Notes: generated from the sequence alone by a model not told the origin. A stretch of 64,000 nt of DNA from Octopus vulgaris (GCA_951406725.2 OX597814.1:197222001-197286000), one strand, 5' to 3'; shown: positions 26,301 through 42,012, counted from the stretch's first letter. A program made the numbers and translations.

Positions 26301-26982
26301 ATATGGACTGCAGTAAATTTGTATCTGCGTGCCGGAATGTATTAAAATAGAAACAAAAAATTACAAATTCACATTCTAGTCACGAATGCAATAAACAAGA
26401 AATAAAATGGACATCTTTTGATGCCTCTCAAACACAGCAATAATTTTCGATATTCTAGATTTCTAAAACTTTAACGAGATATCACACAGCTTTAGTTTAT
26501 CGTGTTTAAACATTTGGACAATGACATGTGATAAACAGCTAAGCAAAATTACTATTCGTAAGTGAAACCGGTTTTCAATGTGTAACTATATTAATTTACA
26601 ATTTGCATCTCCCAACGCGATATTTGCCGCGTCGAGACTTACAAATATAAACCCGTTTATACATACACGTTGGAAAACGGGCATGTTCAGTCATGTAATT
26701 ACTTGTTGGTAGTTTCATATTATTCATGGTAACTGCTATTGTATAAATATTTAAGTTTTCCTTTACTATATGTAAAAACATATACATACAAACGCACACT
26801 CACACACATACAAAAAGTAAAGAGTAAAAGAGTCAAAAGGAACTGTAAGTACGGTTAGGCACCAAAAATGTTCGAAGGATCGCTAGAGGATCACTACTAA
26901 TGTTTCTAAGGGTGAACAAGCTCTATTAGTACTCTAATACGTTCTTAACGGAACTCACCATACCACTCTTTCTCTCGCTCTT

Positions 26983-27071
<89 letters not shown>

Positions 27072-27385
27072 TTTTTGGATTTGGTTTGCAAGATTCTTTA
27101 TGTGAGTTCGTGTATTGAAACATATTGTCTGGGGAGAGTCATTTTCTTTTTGTGCCTTAAAATTTAACACACTCACCGGTAAAATTTCCACTTATTTCTC
27201 ATATATATATATATATATATACGGAGATATTCTTGCATAGCAAGTGACCTGATCTGAGATCGTAACAGGTTGCGAACTCAAAGCGACGAAAATATTTTGA
27301 CAAATTAAATTTAAATGTTGAAGTGAATCTAAAGGTTTTTGTGTGTTTCTTAAATGGCTTATAAACAACATCCACGCTTCAATTG

Positions 27386-27427
<42 letters not shown>

Positions 27428-27459
27428 GGGTGCTGTGGCTTCGCTATGTCATAAGGATA

Positions 27460-27740
27460 GGCACAAGCGTGACTGTGTTGTAACGATAGACGCAAGCGTC
27501 GCTATTTGGTGAGAAGCTTGCTTCCCAACCACATGGTTCCAGGTTCAGTCCCACTGCGTAGCACTTGGACAAGTGTCTTCTACTATGGCCTCGGGTCGAC
27601 CAAGGTCTTGTGAGTGGATTTGGTGGACGGAAACTGAAAGAAGCTCATCGTATATATGTATATGTGTGTGTCTGTGTTCATCCACCATCACTCTCTGATA
27701 ACTGGCGTTTATGCATTTACTACCCCGTAACTTAGCAGAG
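27460..27740 (+). mobile_element. SINE family A, 3'-truncated, with a short 5' duplication
   Basis: Consensus match through ccccgtaacttagc. Confidence 0.85.
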
Positions 27741-28472
27741 GGAGTCGATTTTTCTGTGACAGTGCACCTTCCGTTCTTGATGTTTAAGGGAACAAATTGG
27801 AGAATGTTGATCTAGATACAAATGAAACTAGAACACAGTCGAGATAGAGATTCAAAGAGAAACTTATACAGAGACAATCTAAGGAGTGCAAAGTACTTGT
27901 AATTTGAACTCTTATCAAGGCTAATTGATCGAAGGAACATCTTGGGGTGCCATCATTGATCACAATTTGTCGGAAAATTGATTCCAAAATTAAATTGTTT
28001 TCCGAAAACGTGCCCTACTCCAGCTGTTTGTGCATATTTATGTGTGTATATGTATGTATATTCGTGTGTGTGTGTGTGTATGAGAGAAATTGTGTTTTAA
28101 TAGCATTGAGTATTTATTTTACAAAATGAGACAATATCTACGCAAAAATGCCAAAACTGAAATGCTTATGGTGTTTTTAAGGAGAATTATTGCTAATGCA
28201 GCTTTATTATAACAAATTATGTTAAACTATTATTGGAGAATATGGAAAATTATTTGAAATGTGAAGGGAAAGAAAGCAGATATTCATAAAGAAATAATAC
28301 AAGATTGCTCTAAGGAAGAATTTTGATGAAGATTAATATGAATGGAATAGAATTATTCGATGCCAGTTTGCACTTTTATCCATCCATATAAACCTTGCTA
28401 TTTTCGATACGCAGACAACCAAACAGTCGATTATTTTAACACACACACCCGTACACACACGCACATACACAC

Positions 28473-29325
<853 letters not shown>

Positions 29326-29535
29326 ATATTTTTGTCTGTCTCTGTTTGTCTCCCACTATCACTTGATAACCGATGTTGGTGTGTTTACGTCCCGGTGACT
29401 TAGCGGTTCGGCAAAAAGCAACGATAGAATAAGTACTAGGCTTACAAGGAATAAGGCCTGGGGTCCATTTGCTCGACTAAAGACGGTGCTCTAGCATGGC
29501 CGCAGTCAAAATATTTGAATCAAATAAAAGAAAGG
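29326..29535 (+). mobile_element. SINE family A, 3' half
   Basis: Consensus match. Confidence 0.85.
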
Positions 29536-30582
29536 AATAAATGAATATATATGTATGTAATTAAATTTGCTTTTGCATATGTATATACACATGTGAATAC
29601 ATATGCCTCTATACATACCTGTAAAACGCTTCTTAATTATGTATTATACATGTGTGCGCGTGTGCCTGTCTGTGAGTGTATGTTAGTGTGTGCATAAGTA
29701 TGTGTGTGTGTATGTAGTATATACATATTTGTGAATTTACGAGTTAGTATTTTAACCATGTTCTGTGATATGGTGGATGACTTTTCTGCACGAAATTAAT
29801 CCTACATGATGTATTTCATATATCAAAACAACAAGTTATAATAATAAATTACATAGAATTCGATATCAGGCATTTATGTTTACATATTTAAATGCTTTCT
29901 AGAGTAACATATACATTAATCAATGTTTTACTAGTCTTTAATATTTCACATATTAATATAGGAAGTCTTTTTTTTCAAATGCCTTCCAAAGATATGTTTT
30001 AATACATACATTCCTTTTATCGGCAGTCTCCCTCATAATATTTACGTTAAAATGAAGCCTAAAAGGTTTCATTACCATATATTCCAGATTAAATAACGCA
30101 GTAAAATTAATTCTGCTACAAGGGAAGATTCAGTTTATCTCTATAAATATTAACGTTGAATATGATGACATGATATAGTTCACTGTTATATATATATAAT
30201 ATATATATAAAGAGAAAGAGGAACGGGCAGTATGATAGCAAAGGATAGCGTACGCTAGGCTGCATGAATATTTACACGTTGTTACAAAATCTTAAATAGA
30301 TACAGTTTTATGTATACAGAATAGACATTCTTTTTGAAGGCTTATTCGTATTAAATCGAGAGGACATATGATTCAGTAGACAAGTGATGAAACTCTTTGA
30401 AACCTAAACATGAAGTTTTTAGCTGTACAATGTCTTGTATGGTGTTTCCTTTAAGTCAAGTATTGCTTGTCAATTCCTGCTTCGGAATGACAATGAGATC
30501 CGCTCATCTTATACAAATTGAAATACCAGCCATGAAATATTATGATTTTCTTTATACTACATGTGTATGATAGAAGAATGAT

Positions 30583-30790
30583 GTGGCGTGCGGGTTAGTG
30601 GTCTGAGCGTTGGATTCATGATCGTAGGATCACAGTTTCGATCCCTGGACTGGGTGATGCATTCTGCTCTTGAGCAACACATTTTATTTCATGTTGCTCT
30701 TGATAAAAATGAGTAATCGTGAGACGAGCCGGCGTCCCGTCCCGAGAGGAATGTAAGGGAGATTGGTCCGGTTTCTCGGACCAATTCCCC
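30583..30790 (+). mobile_element. Older tRNA-derived SINE (old body, tail type 3)
   Basis: A-box-like ggttagtggt, B-box-like gtttcgatccc, body cttgagcaacacattttatttcatgttgctc, tail ggcgtcccgtcc. Confidence 0.7.
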
Positions 30791-31150
30791 TTACTTAGTT
30801 ATGTAGAACCATTATGGTAGAAGATTCCAGCTATCTGCTCTGTCCATTATTGTTGGATGAACAGTAGGCAACTCCTGTATAGAATCATATCAGAAGAAAT
30901 CGTCATTACATATTCCGGTTGGACACTCCAGCCTAACCATCTGAAACAAGGGATTTTATAAAAACGTCCCGTTCTTGGTGTACTTGCTCCACTCCTAGGT
31001 TTCCTGGCAGTTGACTCGGCTTGAAGAATACATCTTGCAATTCTTTCTTGCGACGTTCTAATCACATATCCATAGAGCTGAATTCATGATTTCTCAATGA
31101 AAATTTTCAGCTTTGACTTGGAGCGATTTACTGATTTTTGTGCTGTGAGA
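30790..31150 (-). mobile_element. RTE-clade LINE 3' fragment
   Basis: Translation QLYGYVIRTSQERIARCILQAESTARKPR resembles the RTE C-terminal pattern L.W.GHV.RM...R..K......G.R..GRP. Confidence 0.65.
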
Positions 31151-31412
31151 CCATCCGAGTAATGTTACTCCAGATATCGTTCAAAGTAACCTTATTTCAC
31201 TGATTTGTAGTAACGATCGTACACTTTTGCTATTTACACAGTATTTATGACAGAACCAGGGGCGAAAACCGAATTAAAGAAGAGCGTTTCGCCGTACCTC
31301 TGCCCTCAGGATCAAATGGTGGAGCAACGCATGTACTTATCTCTAGAACGTAGGCAGTATAAAATTTAAGTGTAACAACATAAATTTTATCGCTGTTTAC
31401 GGATAAAGTATG

Positions 31413-31515
<103 letters not shown>

Positions 31516-32130
31516 TAGATATAGATTAAATTGTATACATATGTGAGTTGGCACGTGAATTTTCTTGTATACGTCTATAAATATACATCATAGATATACA
31601 TATGCATAAATATACATATATACACACATATATATATACATATATATATATACATTATATATATATATATATACATATATATATGTAAATATGTATGTAT
31701 ATATATATGCATATATATATATATATTTATAGGCGTATACATGCATGCATAACTATATACATACGTACATACACGCAGACACACGCACACACACATACAC
31801 ATCTTTAGTTATACACGCATCTATATGTTTATTAAAAAAAATCAATGTAAGAATGGGTATCTCTGTATATGTGTGTGTGTATGTGCATTTGTGAAAAATA
31901 TGTATATATGTATAAACGCAACATTTCGTATACTAATACATTCAAGCATATATATGTATGTATGCATGTATGTATATATATGCATTCATGCAAATTCATG
32001 AGGCAATTCACATGTATATGTATACAATTTAATCTATCTATATAGCTATCTATGTATCCCTCTTTCTCTCTCTTTCTCTGTCTCTCTGTCTCTCTGTCTC
32101 TCGCTGTATATATATATATATATATAATTT

Positions 32131-32447
32131 TTACATTATATAAAAGGGCTTAGTAAAATAAATTACTTTGCCGCATACTGAACTCATTAGAAATAGCAGC
32201 TAAAACACTTTTTTAAAGCTATTTCTAATACTTAAAGAAAATCTCTCTCATATAGTGCTTGCTTGACTCAACTCACAAAAGTTTGGGGGTAAGGACATCA
32301 AAAAGGTTCAGTATGCGGCAAAGTAATTTATTTTACTAAGCCCTTTTATATAATGTAATAATTTGAATTCGCCTTGAATGGTCCCTTTGCATACTGAACA
32401 CTTGGTGAAATTGATTAATAATTAATTAATTTTACCCTCAATTGTTG

Positions 32448-32450
<3 letters not shown>
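32131..32450. repeat. TA-flanked element with a perfect 53-bp inverted repeat and an inner 12-bp hairpin
   Basis: 32131-32183 vs 32306-32358 exact reverse complement; inner attagaaatagc/gctatttctaat. Confidence 0.9.
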
Positions 32451-32510
<60 letters not shown>

Positions 32511-33070
32511 TACATATATACATGCATGCATATTTGCGTATTTTTGTGTGCATGATTCGGAGTATACTAATAGAATATACTTCTATTTGTAACGATTAAA
32601 CGTTGTGAATACATGTAAAGAAACAGTCGGTTCCGTCTTTGCTTACCTTATTATGTCTGATAAAAGTAATATGAAAGACGTCAGCATTTCCCTTTGGATC
32701 AATTTAACGATAATTTTTTTTTGTTCCTAATGTGCTTCCATATAGAATTGTTAGGTCTTCGGTTGGAGTATACAATTAAATTTGTTGCATTTCACAGGGG
32801 AAATCGTAAAGTTTCAGATCTTTTAAGCCAGTTTTGTCTTGTAGATATTATCAGAGAAATCTGATTAGTCTGTATATATCTCCTTGACGTCCATCACTGA
32901 TGCTTTTTAGTTTTCTTAATGTACTCCTTACGGAGCCACATATTTTTCCAAGGAATGAAGGGATCTGTGTTGGGTGGGTGAGAGAAGATCCACTCAGCGT
33001 ATTTCTTTACTTAATAGTGTAGAGCATGTACAGATATAAAGTCTACGAACGCGCGCACACACAGATTATG

Positions 33071-33106
<36 letters not shown>

Positions 33107-34082
33107 TGTATGTATGTATGTATGTATGTATGTACATATGTATGTTTCTGTGTATGTATTTTTGTATTATGGCTGGGTGTGTGTGTATGCATGTATTTGA
33201 TTTGTTCCTACCATTGGCTCAATACATGCTATGGAGTATATTGTTTATTTAAACTAAGTGTTTATCTCGAGAGTTGAGTTTCAAGCTCCAACGATCCTCA
33301 TGCCAGAACATGGCAACAAGCGGCGTTGTGTGTGTATATGTGTATATATATATATTGTGTGTGTGTGTTCGTACCTGTTTTTCTTTGTGTATGGTCTTGT
33401 GAATATGCACGTGTGTAAGTATGTGTATATATGTATTTTAAAGATGAATTTCCTACCCTAGATGATGATTACGCCAGTATAATGATCCCTCGCCCATTTG
33501 GTCAATTCTTCCAGACTAATGTTAATAACTATAAGATTTTTTATACATTTGACCTTATAAAAGAGAAAGTGTTTCGCCCTTAGTTACAATAATCTCTTCA
33601 TATCTCTGATCTGTACTTACTCTAGACCTCAAAATATTACTTCTCATTTAAACTACTAACACCTTCTATGTCTGCTACGATCACCAGCAGAGTGGTATTT
33701 CTACCTACTGTTGTGGTTGCATACAATTAGACATAAGATTTGATCTTGTCTCGAATTTAGATTTTTATCATTTATTATATGTACTGAAACATCTTTCTAT
33801 AAATGATTCATTGATCATTTTATAATTTGCATAGAAATTTAATCAGCAAAGTTTGAAGCTCTATACTCGCTTCTTTAGTCTTGAGCATTCCATGATCATT
33901 AATCCGATCAATATATCTGTCAAGAATTCTGCAAGTTTTCTTTAAAGAAAAAAATACAATTCAATTATCATTTATTCCGTACAACAAATCAATGATTTTA
34001 GCAAGCTATACACATCAACTTTTAATCCAATTTACTTTGTTGAAGCAGACAAAAGCAAAAATAAAAAAATTAGAAGAATAAA

Positions 34083-34095
34083 AATGATGATGATG

Positions 34096-34159
<64 letters not shown>

Positions 34160-34199
34160 TAATAATAACAATGATAACAATAATAATAATAATAATAAC

Positions 34200-34270
<71 letters not shown>

Positions 34271-34290
34271 CAATAATAATAATAATAACA
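34083..34290. repeat. (AAT)n microsatellite
   Basis: Direct inspection; source of poly-I/L/Y ORFs. Confidence 0.95.
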
Positions 34291-35924
34291 AAAATCTAGA
34301 AAAAATAAAGCATCTTGTTCCGTTTTTATAGACTTATGCAATCACGTGATGTTATTTTCAGTTACCACCAAACAGAAATGTATCCTCTCTCAAATTCCAC
34401 TTATTTCCTGATAGGAAATAGACCCGAATACCATTATTGTAGCATAAACTTCCTGTCATATCTTTTCGAATGATTGTTGACAATGTTTTTTGGTTGTTTG
34501 TTTGTTTGTTTTTTTCTTTTTAATTAATTTAACCACATATTTCTATAGCGCCATCAATTATACGTTGTACGCTAAAGTATGTATATTCTTCAGTAAATTG
34601 TAGAAATAAATTATAAAACAAAATTGTGAAAATGAGATTTAAAACTTTTCATTACATTTCCGATATAATAAATTAGATTTTATTGAATAACTCATAACAA
34701 GACAAAACAAAACTGAACTTTTGATTTTATTTACGAAGTCAATTCATTTCACACATTTCAGTAAATATATATCGGTTATTGCTGAATATTTGTTCCCAGT
34801 TGTTTTGTATATAATATCCGACATTTGGATCATAAATGTTAATATTTCACCTACAACTTATGTAAGTATGGACATTGAAGCCTCTTTATGTTGAACAATA
34901 ACGAGATAGTGTTGAAACAAATATACGAATACAATAAGTGGTATTTTTATGAGGAAATATTAAACAAACGTACTTAGGTCGTATTTTTTTATTCATAGTA
35001 GAAATGGAGTTTATTTAAAGACGGTTTGTAAATTAAAGATAATGGAAATATTTCCACACAATTGATTATTTCAAACAGGAAACAACGGAAATTACAGTCT
35101 TGACAAAAACCCAACACAAATATAAGTTCTACGAAAAACGTTGATGGAAGGAAATTCCCCCGTGATTTCCAATTTATAAACTAATTTGACTAAAGATAAT
35201 AATTCCAACGTAACAACATGACCAGGTTTGTTGATTGGTACTTAACTAATCGACCCAAGAATTATAAAATGTAAAATCCACAATACTTATTTAGCCTGAA
35301 GGATGTTCTCTTACAAATACAGAGACACCTGAGTTGTTAACAAGCACACTGTAACAACGTGATTCCAGATTCAGTCCTACTACGCGGCACCGTAAGCAAG
35401 TACCTTCTATTGTAGCTGACCAATGCCTTTTGAAGAAATATATTAGACGTAAAGTGCCGAAATCGAATTTACATTTCTCTGCCTCGTGGATCGATAAAAT
35501 TAAGTATCGGTGAAATACTGGAGTTCATGTATTCACTGAACACCCTCTCCTAAAAAACTGCTGCCCAAATGAGACGGCATTGTTATTGCAATAAATTGTT
35601 ATATCGCTTCAGCAGAAGAACAATTGCCAAGAGAAAAGCAATGTAAAAAGTGCGGAGAGATTGACTTATTTCTAGAATTGTAGTTCTTTGTGCACATTTT
35701 GACAACCCTGAAGTAATTATAAATTCTGGCTAAAATATAGAGGGATAAACAGAAGGATGATCATTTAATGATATCATTATTATATGATATCAATCAGTAT
35801 TAATGATCACACACGCACACATTAATACACACGAGCACACACAATAAACAAACGCAGGCACACACAATAAAATCTCATAGCTTTCCTGTACCAAATACTA
35901 TTCATAATGAACAAACCAAGAATA

Positions 35925-36367
35925 CAAGAGCGTGCTGGAAAGTTCCTGGCTTTGGGTAAAAGAAAGTACAGGAGGATCAGTTAATTAAGACTTTATTCAA
36001 CATATTCCTCTCTCAGATTCACACACTTATTGCACCTTTCCTTCGGTTTTTCTAATCCCTGTAAAAGAACTCGGAACATTACGCTTCCAACCGGGCCTTT
36101 CACGACATCTTTAACACCAGGAATTTTAAACATCCCATCGTATTTATATATATATATACAAGGGCGTGTTGGAAAATTCCTGGCTTTGAGTTAATGGAAA
36201 TACAGGAGGATCAGTTAATGACGGCTTTAATCAACTTATTCCCTTCTCAGATTCACACACTTTTTGCAGTGGTTTTTCTAAGCCCTGTAAAAGAACTCGG
36301 AGCATTAGGCCTCCAACCGGCCCTTTCGCGACATCCTTAAAAGCAGGTGTTTTTAAGTACCCAGTCG
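35925..36367. mobile_element. Two adjacent copies of a mariner-type MITE (35925-36140, 36159-36367)
   Basis: Each begins TA-caag.gcgtg.tggaaa.ttcctggc and ends ccagg...tcg-TA; separated by a TA run. Confidence 0.8.
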
Positions 36368-37375
36368 TATTTTAAAGAACATTTACTTAAGATAGCAAGG
36401 TGCCACTGCATGCTAAGAGGGAAGAAACCTTAACTAAACATTCCTACCAACACACTAAATGCCTGAGAGATATTACAAACGTTTATAAATTATACCAGTG
36501 TAAATGATTCCATACAGTAATATAGATGACATTAAACATGAATTTCGTTATTAATTACCAAAATATTTCCTATGTATAAGTGTTAATCCATTCTTTAGAT
36601 ACAAAAAACTGTGATGTAGCTATATTTTTGTTTCTTGCGATATCATTCAACACCAAGGATGTTTGAGCTTTTGAGGGAATGCGTAATTATATTTAGCAGC
36701 TTTTTAATATGCAATATTGCCGCTGTGGTAATTGAATTACTTAATCTTTATTATGTTTATAAAAGGCGATAAACCTTCGTTCAGAAAGCTATTGTCTCCT
36801 CGAGGACAACATCGCGTAATTAACAAACGTTTCATAAGCAAGCATTTTCCTTAAAGGGTTAGAATTAATTTATTATTATAATGTATTCAATAATCGTTCA
36901 ATAATTATTGAAATCTCCATCCAAACATTCTAATGCCAGAAGGATAAGCAATCATTTGAAGGCTGTACGCATATATTACATCTGAACCCTTGCAGATCGA
37001 GCTATGAAATACTGCATTCGCTAAATGTATGTGTTACCTACGGCAAAATGCAGTTCATGAGATTCTGAATTGAAACGTATAATTACTTGCAAGGGCTGTG
37101 AAGATTCGTTGGTAAATGTTTTTATTTTCATAGTCCTGAAGTCGATTTCGAATTTGTCCCTTGCATGAATATTATCATTTCAAAGAAAGAAACAATCATG
37201 GTTTCGCCACATCTATAAAATATATTCCGTTCCTTTTCAAAGCACTTTCGGGTTTATTTATTCACTATTGCGTTGCTAATTTGGACAAAGTTACGTTTAT
37301 AAGTACAAACGTACATATGTATGCAAAACTCCCTCTCACTCCCTCTGTCTTTCTACGCGTGCGTACACATACATG

Positions 37376-37377
<2 letters not shown>

Positions 37378-37468
<91 letters not shown>

Positions 37469-37611
37469 GGATAGATAGATGACTGTATAGATAGGTAGAT
37501 AGATAGATGGATGTATAGATGGATGGATGGATAGATAGATGGATGGATGTATAGATAGATAGATGGATGGATGTATAGATAGATGGATAGATAGACGTAG
37601 ATAGATAGATG

Positions 37612-37660
<49 letters not shown>

Positions 37661-37690
37661 GTGTGTGTGTGTGTGTGTGTGTGTGTGAGT
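37378..37690. repeat. Compound (CA)n-(TA)n-(GATA/GGAT)n-(GA)n-(GT)n microsatellite
   Basis: Direct inspection. Confidence 0.95.
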
Positions 37691-38386
37691 GAAGTTATCA
37701 CTGCGTGTCATCCACTTCAGTCTCCTATTCAACCAATGAAAAAGGCTTAAGAACTAATATTGTGTTACAAAGCTTGAGTAACATACGCCTTAACTACAAC
37801 CTGTGCCAACCATAGAAATCAATTGCAACTCCATAGACAATTTACTTTGGTTTCACACAATTGACAACATTTAAATCTCTCAAAGGAATTCTTGGGCTGA
37901 TGCGTACAGCTCTATCTAGTGGCTATCTTTGAATAGCATTCGTTGAGTATTCTTACAGCAGTCTTTTCAATGACAATACATTACATTTACTCCACAAAAC
38001 ACTCTTTCATCTGTTCAGTAATTCAATTTTAATAGAAAGGTGAAATTTGACGAGCAAAACCAACGCAGCCTCTTGCAAAACTAATACTTTTCTTTACATA
38101 GAAAATAGGAATGAAATTTTGTCTCCTATCAACTAGTACACGCTCGTCAGATTTTTCAAGAGGACAAATTAGAATATGAAGAATAAGTATAGAGGTGTTT
38201 TTGTGTGTATCTGTGTGTGTGTGCTTGTGTGTGCGTGTGAGCATAAATGACATTACGTTTCAATGGATCCTGTTATGAAATCTGTTGTAGAATGCATGTT
38301 TAGGCCACTTTTGCACATACACACACTCATACACACGGACAAACACACATATCTATATATCTGAGTATATATATATATATATATAA

Positions 38387-38584
38387 GTTAATCCAAACAA
38401 GAAAGCACAAAAAAAAACACAACAATGCGAGGACGTGGAACAAATATAGTATCATTGGACGCTCAGGACAGAAGGAAAGAAGGAGGGTTTAACGTTTCGA
38501 GCGGAGCTCTTCGTCGGAAACAAAGGAGAAGGAAAGATCCAGAGAAGGGAAGACAGAGGAAAAAAATCGCCAACGGTACACACA
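38387..38584 (-). ncRNA. Penelope-like derived repeat with a minimal hammerhead (38487-38521)
   Basis: Minus strand gttt-CCGACGA-a-gagc-tcc-gctc-GAAA-cg-TT-aaac; palindromic aacgtt in place of stem III. Confidence 0.65.
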
Positions 38585-38790
38585 CTCTTTTACTCTTTTT
38601 CTTGTTTCAGTCATGCTGGAGCGCCGCCTTTAGTCGAACAAATCGAACCCAGGACTTATTCTTTGTAAGCCTAATACTTATTCTGTTGGTCTTTCGCTGA
38701 ACTGCTAAGTTACGGCGGCGTAAACACACCAACGTCGGTTGTCAAGCGATGTTGTGAAGACAAACACAGATACACACACTCAAATATATA
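38585..38790 (-). mobile_element. SINE family A, 3' half
   Basis: Consensus match. Confidence 0.85.
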
Positions 38791-38814
38791 CATACATATA
38801 TACATATATGTATG

Positions 38815-38863
<49 letters not shown>

Positions 38864-39443
38864 TATAATATATCATATATATATATATACATATATCATA
38901 TATATATATATATATATATACATATATCATATATAGATATATGCTTATATATATTATACCCGTATGATTATGTGTATGATATATATATATATATATATAT
39001 ATACTTATAAATGCCATATACACACATGTATATGTATATGTCATATATATGTATGGTTATATACATATATATTTTATAGATATATATACACATGTATGGT
39101 TGTATATATCATACATATATATACTTACATATATCATGTATATGGAGGGTTCTCTAAAATTACCTTTACAGCTTCCACAATTTGTTGTATCTATTAAAAC
39201 TGTGACCTATCAATTAGATTCTATGCCACCAATGCAGCACACTTGGAGCTCGTCTGGTGTTTCTAAAAAAGCTTCATTTCTTTACCGATACTCATTTTTT
39301 TTTTCTGAATTTTCCAAATTGCAACAGTAATCGAAGAACTCTCTACATACATTCAAACACACACACACACACACATAGTTAAACAGATGGATGGAGGGAG
39401 GGAGGGAGGGATTTGTATAAATGCATATAAATATATACTTATA

Positions 39444-39843
39444 TACTCTTTACTCTTTTACTCTGTTACTTGTTTCAGTCATTTGACTGCGGCCATGCTG
39501 GAGCACCATTTTTAGTCTAGCAAATCGACCCCGCGACTTATTCTTTGTAAGCCCAGTACTTATTCTATCGGTCTCTTTTGCCGAACCGCTAAGTAACGGG
39601 GACGTAAACACACCAGCATCGGTTGTCAAGCAATGCTAGGGGGACAAACACAAACACACACATATATATACATATATACGACAGGCTTCTTTCAGTTTCC
39701 GTCTACCAAATCCACTCACAAGGCATTGGTCGGCCCGGGGCTATTGCAGAAGACACTTGCCCAAGTGGCCACGCAGTGGGACTGAAGCCGGAACCATGTG
39801 GTTGGTTAGCAAGCTACTTACCGCACAGCCACTCCTGCGCCTA
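39444..39843 (-). mobile_element. SINE family A, full length
   Basis: From aggcgcaggagtggctg to the (gagtaaaa)n tail. Confidence 0.92.
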
Positions 39844-40886
39844 TATATATATAAGTATATATGTACGCACTTTTTCGCCACTAATACATATTCCCTTCTA
39901 TTTTTCTATTTTTCTGAGTTTGTGGTCATCTCTTTCAACAAACACTCACACAGACGTTTGGACGGTAAATTCGTAAACCACTCTTATTTACGTTGTGAAT
40001 GGTAGTTTAATTTGCCAAGGGTATTGAGTGTGTCGAATTTATTACCTCATCTGCTTTTCTTACAGGTATTGTACCGGCTAACATCATTTTCTCTGCATTT
40101 GAACATCAGATCATAAAGAAACTAATACCAAATAAATTAGAAGCTATTTCTTTAAGAGCTTCAGTTTGTAGCCATGTTTTTCTTACTATACTTCATATGT
40201 CAAATTTAAATGTCACCTTTTAGTCGTTTCCAACGAAGGAGGTCGATTCAACTCTATTACGAATGCATTATTCTCCCAAGTCAAAGCTACAGGCGGAAGT
40301 ATTTGCTGGTCAGCGGTATACACAATTTGCTTACCACTTACCAACAATATATCGTACATCAACCATTCCAACGTGGTGTTTTTTGGCGGCTTATCAACGT
40401 AGCTGGTACGTAAGAAAGCATTACATAGCTGTAACCGCCTCCTCGATGCCTTGCCTCAAAAGCTGGCATGGAATGCAATTCTATACTGTGCTAATAAGAA
40501 ATTAATGCAATGATTGAATATAACGTATTTGATTAGTATGAGCAGCATGCCTGATGGTTATCCCCACCACTTTTGTTGTTTGCATATGATTTGATATTGA
40601 TTACTTCGTTGTTTCCTACTTCCTTCAAACAGCATTTCAAAGAATTCCCCAGCCTATTTTCCTTTTGCTTAGAGAAATCTAATACACGTACTTTCAGTCA
40701 GAAGCAGCCAAAACCGCCCTCCTCCCCAATGGCTTCCGTCCGCAAATCTAACATAGACAAAGAAAGTAATTATTTGTTCTTTCCTTAACTCTCTACCGAC
40801 GGTAGTAAACAGTCGTGATGTTCCACATAAACACAGCACAAAGACTAAAAGTAATGTGGGGATGGCTGCCTAAAAGGGGCGGCAGT

Positions 40887-41305
40887 AGGGTGGTGGTGGT
40901 GGTGGTGGTGGTGGTGACTGGTGGTGTGGTGGTGGTGGTGGTGGTGGTGACTGGCGGTGGTGATGGTGGTGGTAGTGATGTTAGTGGTGGTGATGGTGGT
41001 GGTGGTGACTGGTGGTGGTGACTGGTAGGGGTGATGTTAGTGGTGATGATGGTGGTGGTGATTGGTGGTGGTGGTGACTGGTGGTGGTGGTGATGTTGGT
41101 GGTGGTGACTGGTGGTGGTGGTGCTGGTGCTGGTGACTGGTGGTGCTGGCGGTGGTGATAGTGGTGGTGGTGGTGGTGACTGGCGGTGGTAGTGGTGGTG
41201 GTGGTGACTGGCGGTGGTGGTGGTGACTGGTGGTGGTGGTGAGTGGCGGTTGTAGTGGTGGTGGTGACTGGCGGTTGTGGTGACTAGTGGTTGTGGTGGT
41301 GGCAA
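40887..41305. repeat. (GGT)n-based cryptic repeat with ggtggtgact units
   Basis: Direct inspection; gives a spurious Pro/Thr/His-rich ORF. Confidence 0.9.
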
Positions 41306-41599
41306 TGGCTGGAGGTTCAGGCGGTGGTGAAGGTGTGTGTGAAGAGATGCTTATATTATTTTTTCCTTCAGTTTCTTTGTCCCTCTATTATTATTTTCCT
41401 TTTTGTTATTGATTACTGCCCCTTTATCCAATTAGTATTCCTAACTGAAACGGTTTGGTTTGTGATCTATCAGAGTTTTGTTTATGCTGAAGTAATTCCT
41501 TTTGCCTCTTATTTATAGCTGAATACGTTCTTCACCTATACGAGACTTCACAATTTTTGCCGACAAATTATCAATAGTTATCGATTGTACATTCACACA

Positions 41600-41628
41600 A
41601 GTATATGTACTATACATTATATATATAC

Positions 41629-41669
<41 letters not shown>

Positions 41670-41972
41670 ATACATATATATATATACATATATATATACA
41701 TTTATATATACGTATATATACATATATATATATACATATGTATATATATATATATATACATTTATATATACATATATATACATACATTATATATACATAT
41801 ATATATATATGTATATATGCATACATTATATAACACACACATATATATATGTATATATGCATACATTATATGTATATACACATTATGTACACACACATAT
41901 ACATATATATATATATATATGTATATATGCATACATTATATGTATATACACATTATATACACACACATATAC

Positions 41973-42012
<40 letters not shown>

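Noticed and set aside
40066-40120. Acceptor followed by IVPANIIFSAFEHQ, faintly like SLC1 transporters
   Set aside because: No donor at the expected position and no other SLC1 exon in the window
40793-41305. 170-aa Pro/Thr/His-rich extensin-like ORF
   Set aside because: Pure GGT-derived repeat with no real ATG or exon context
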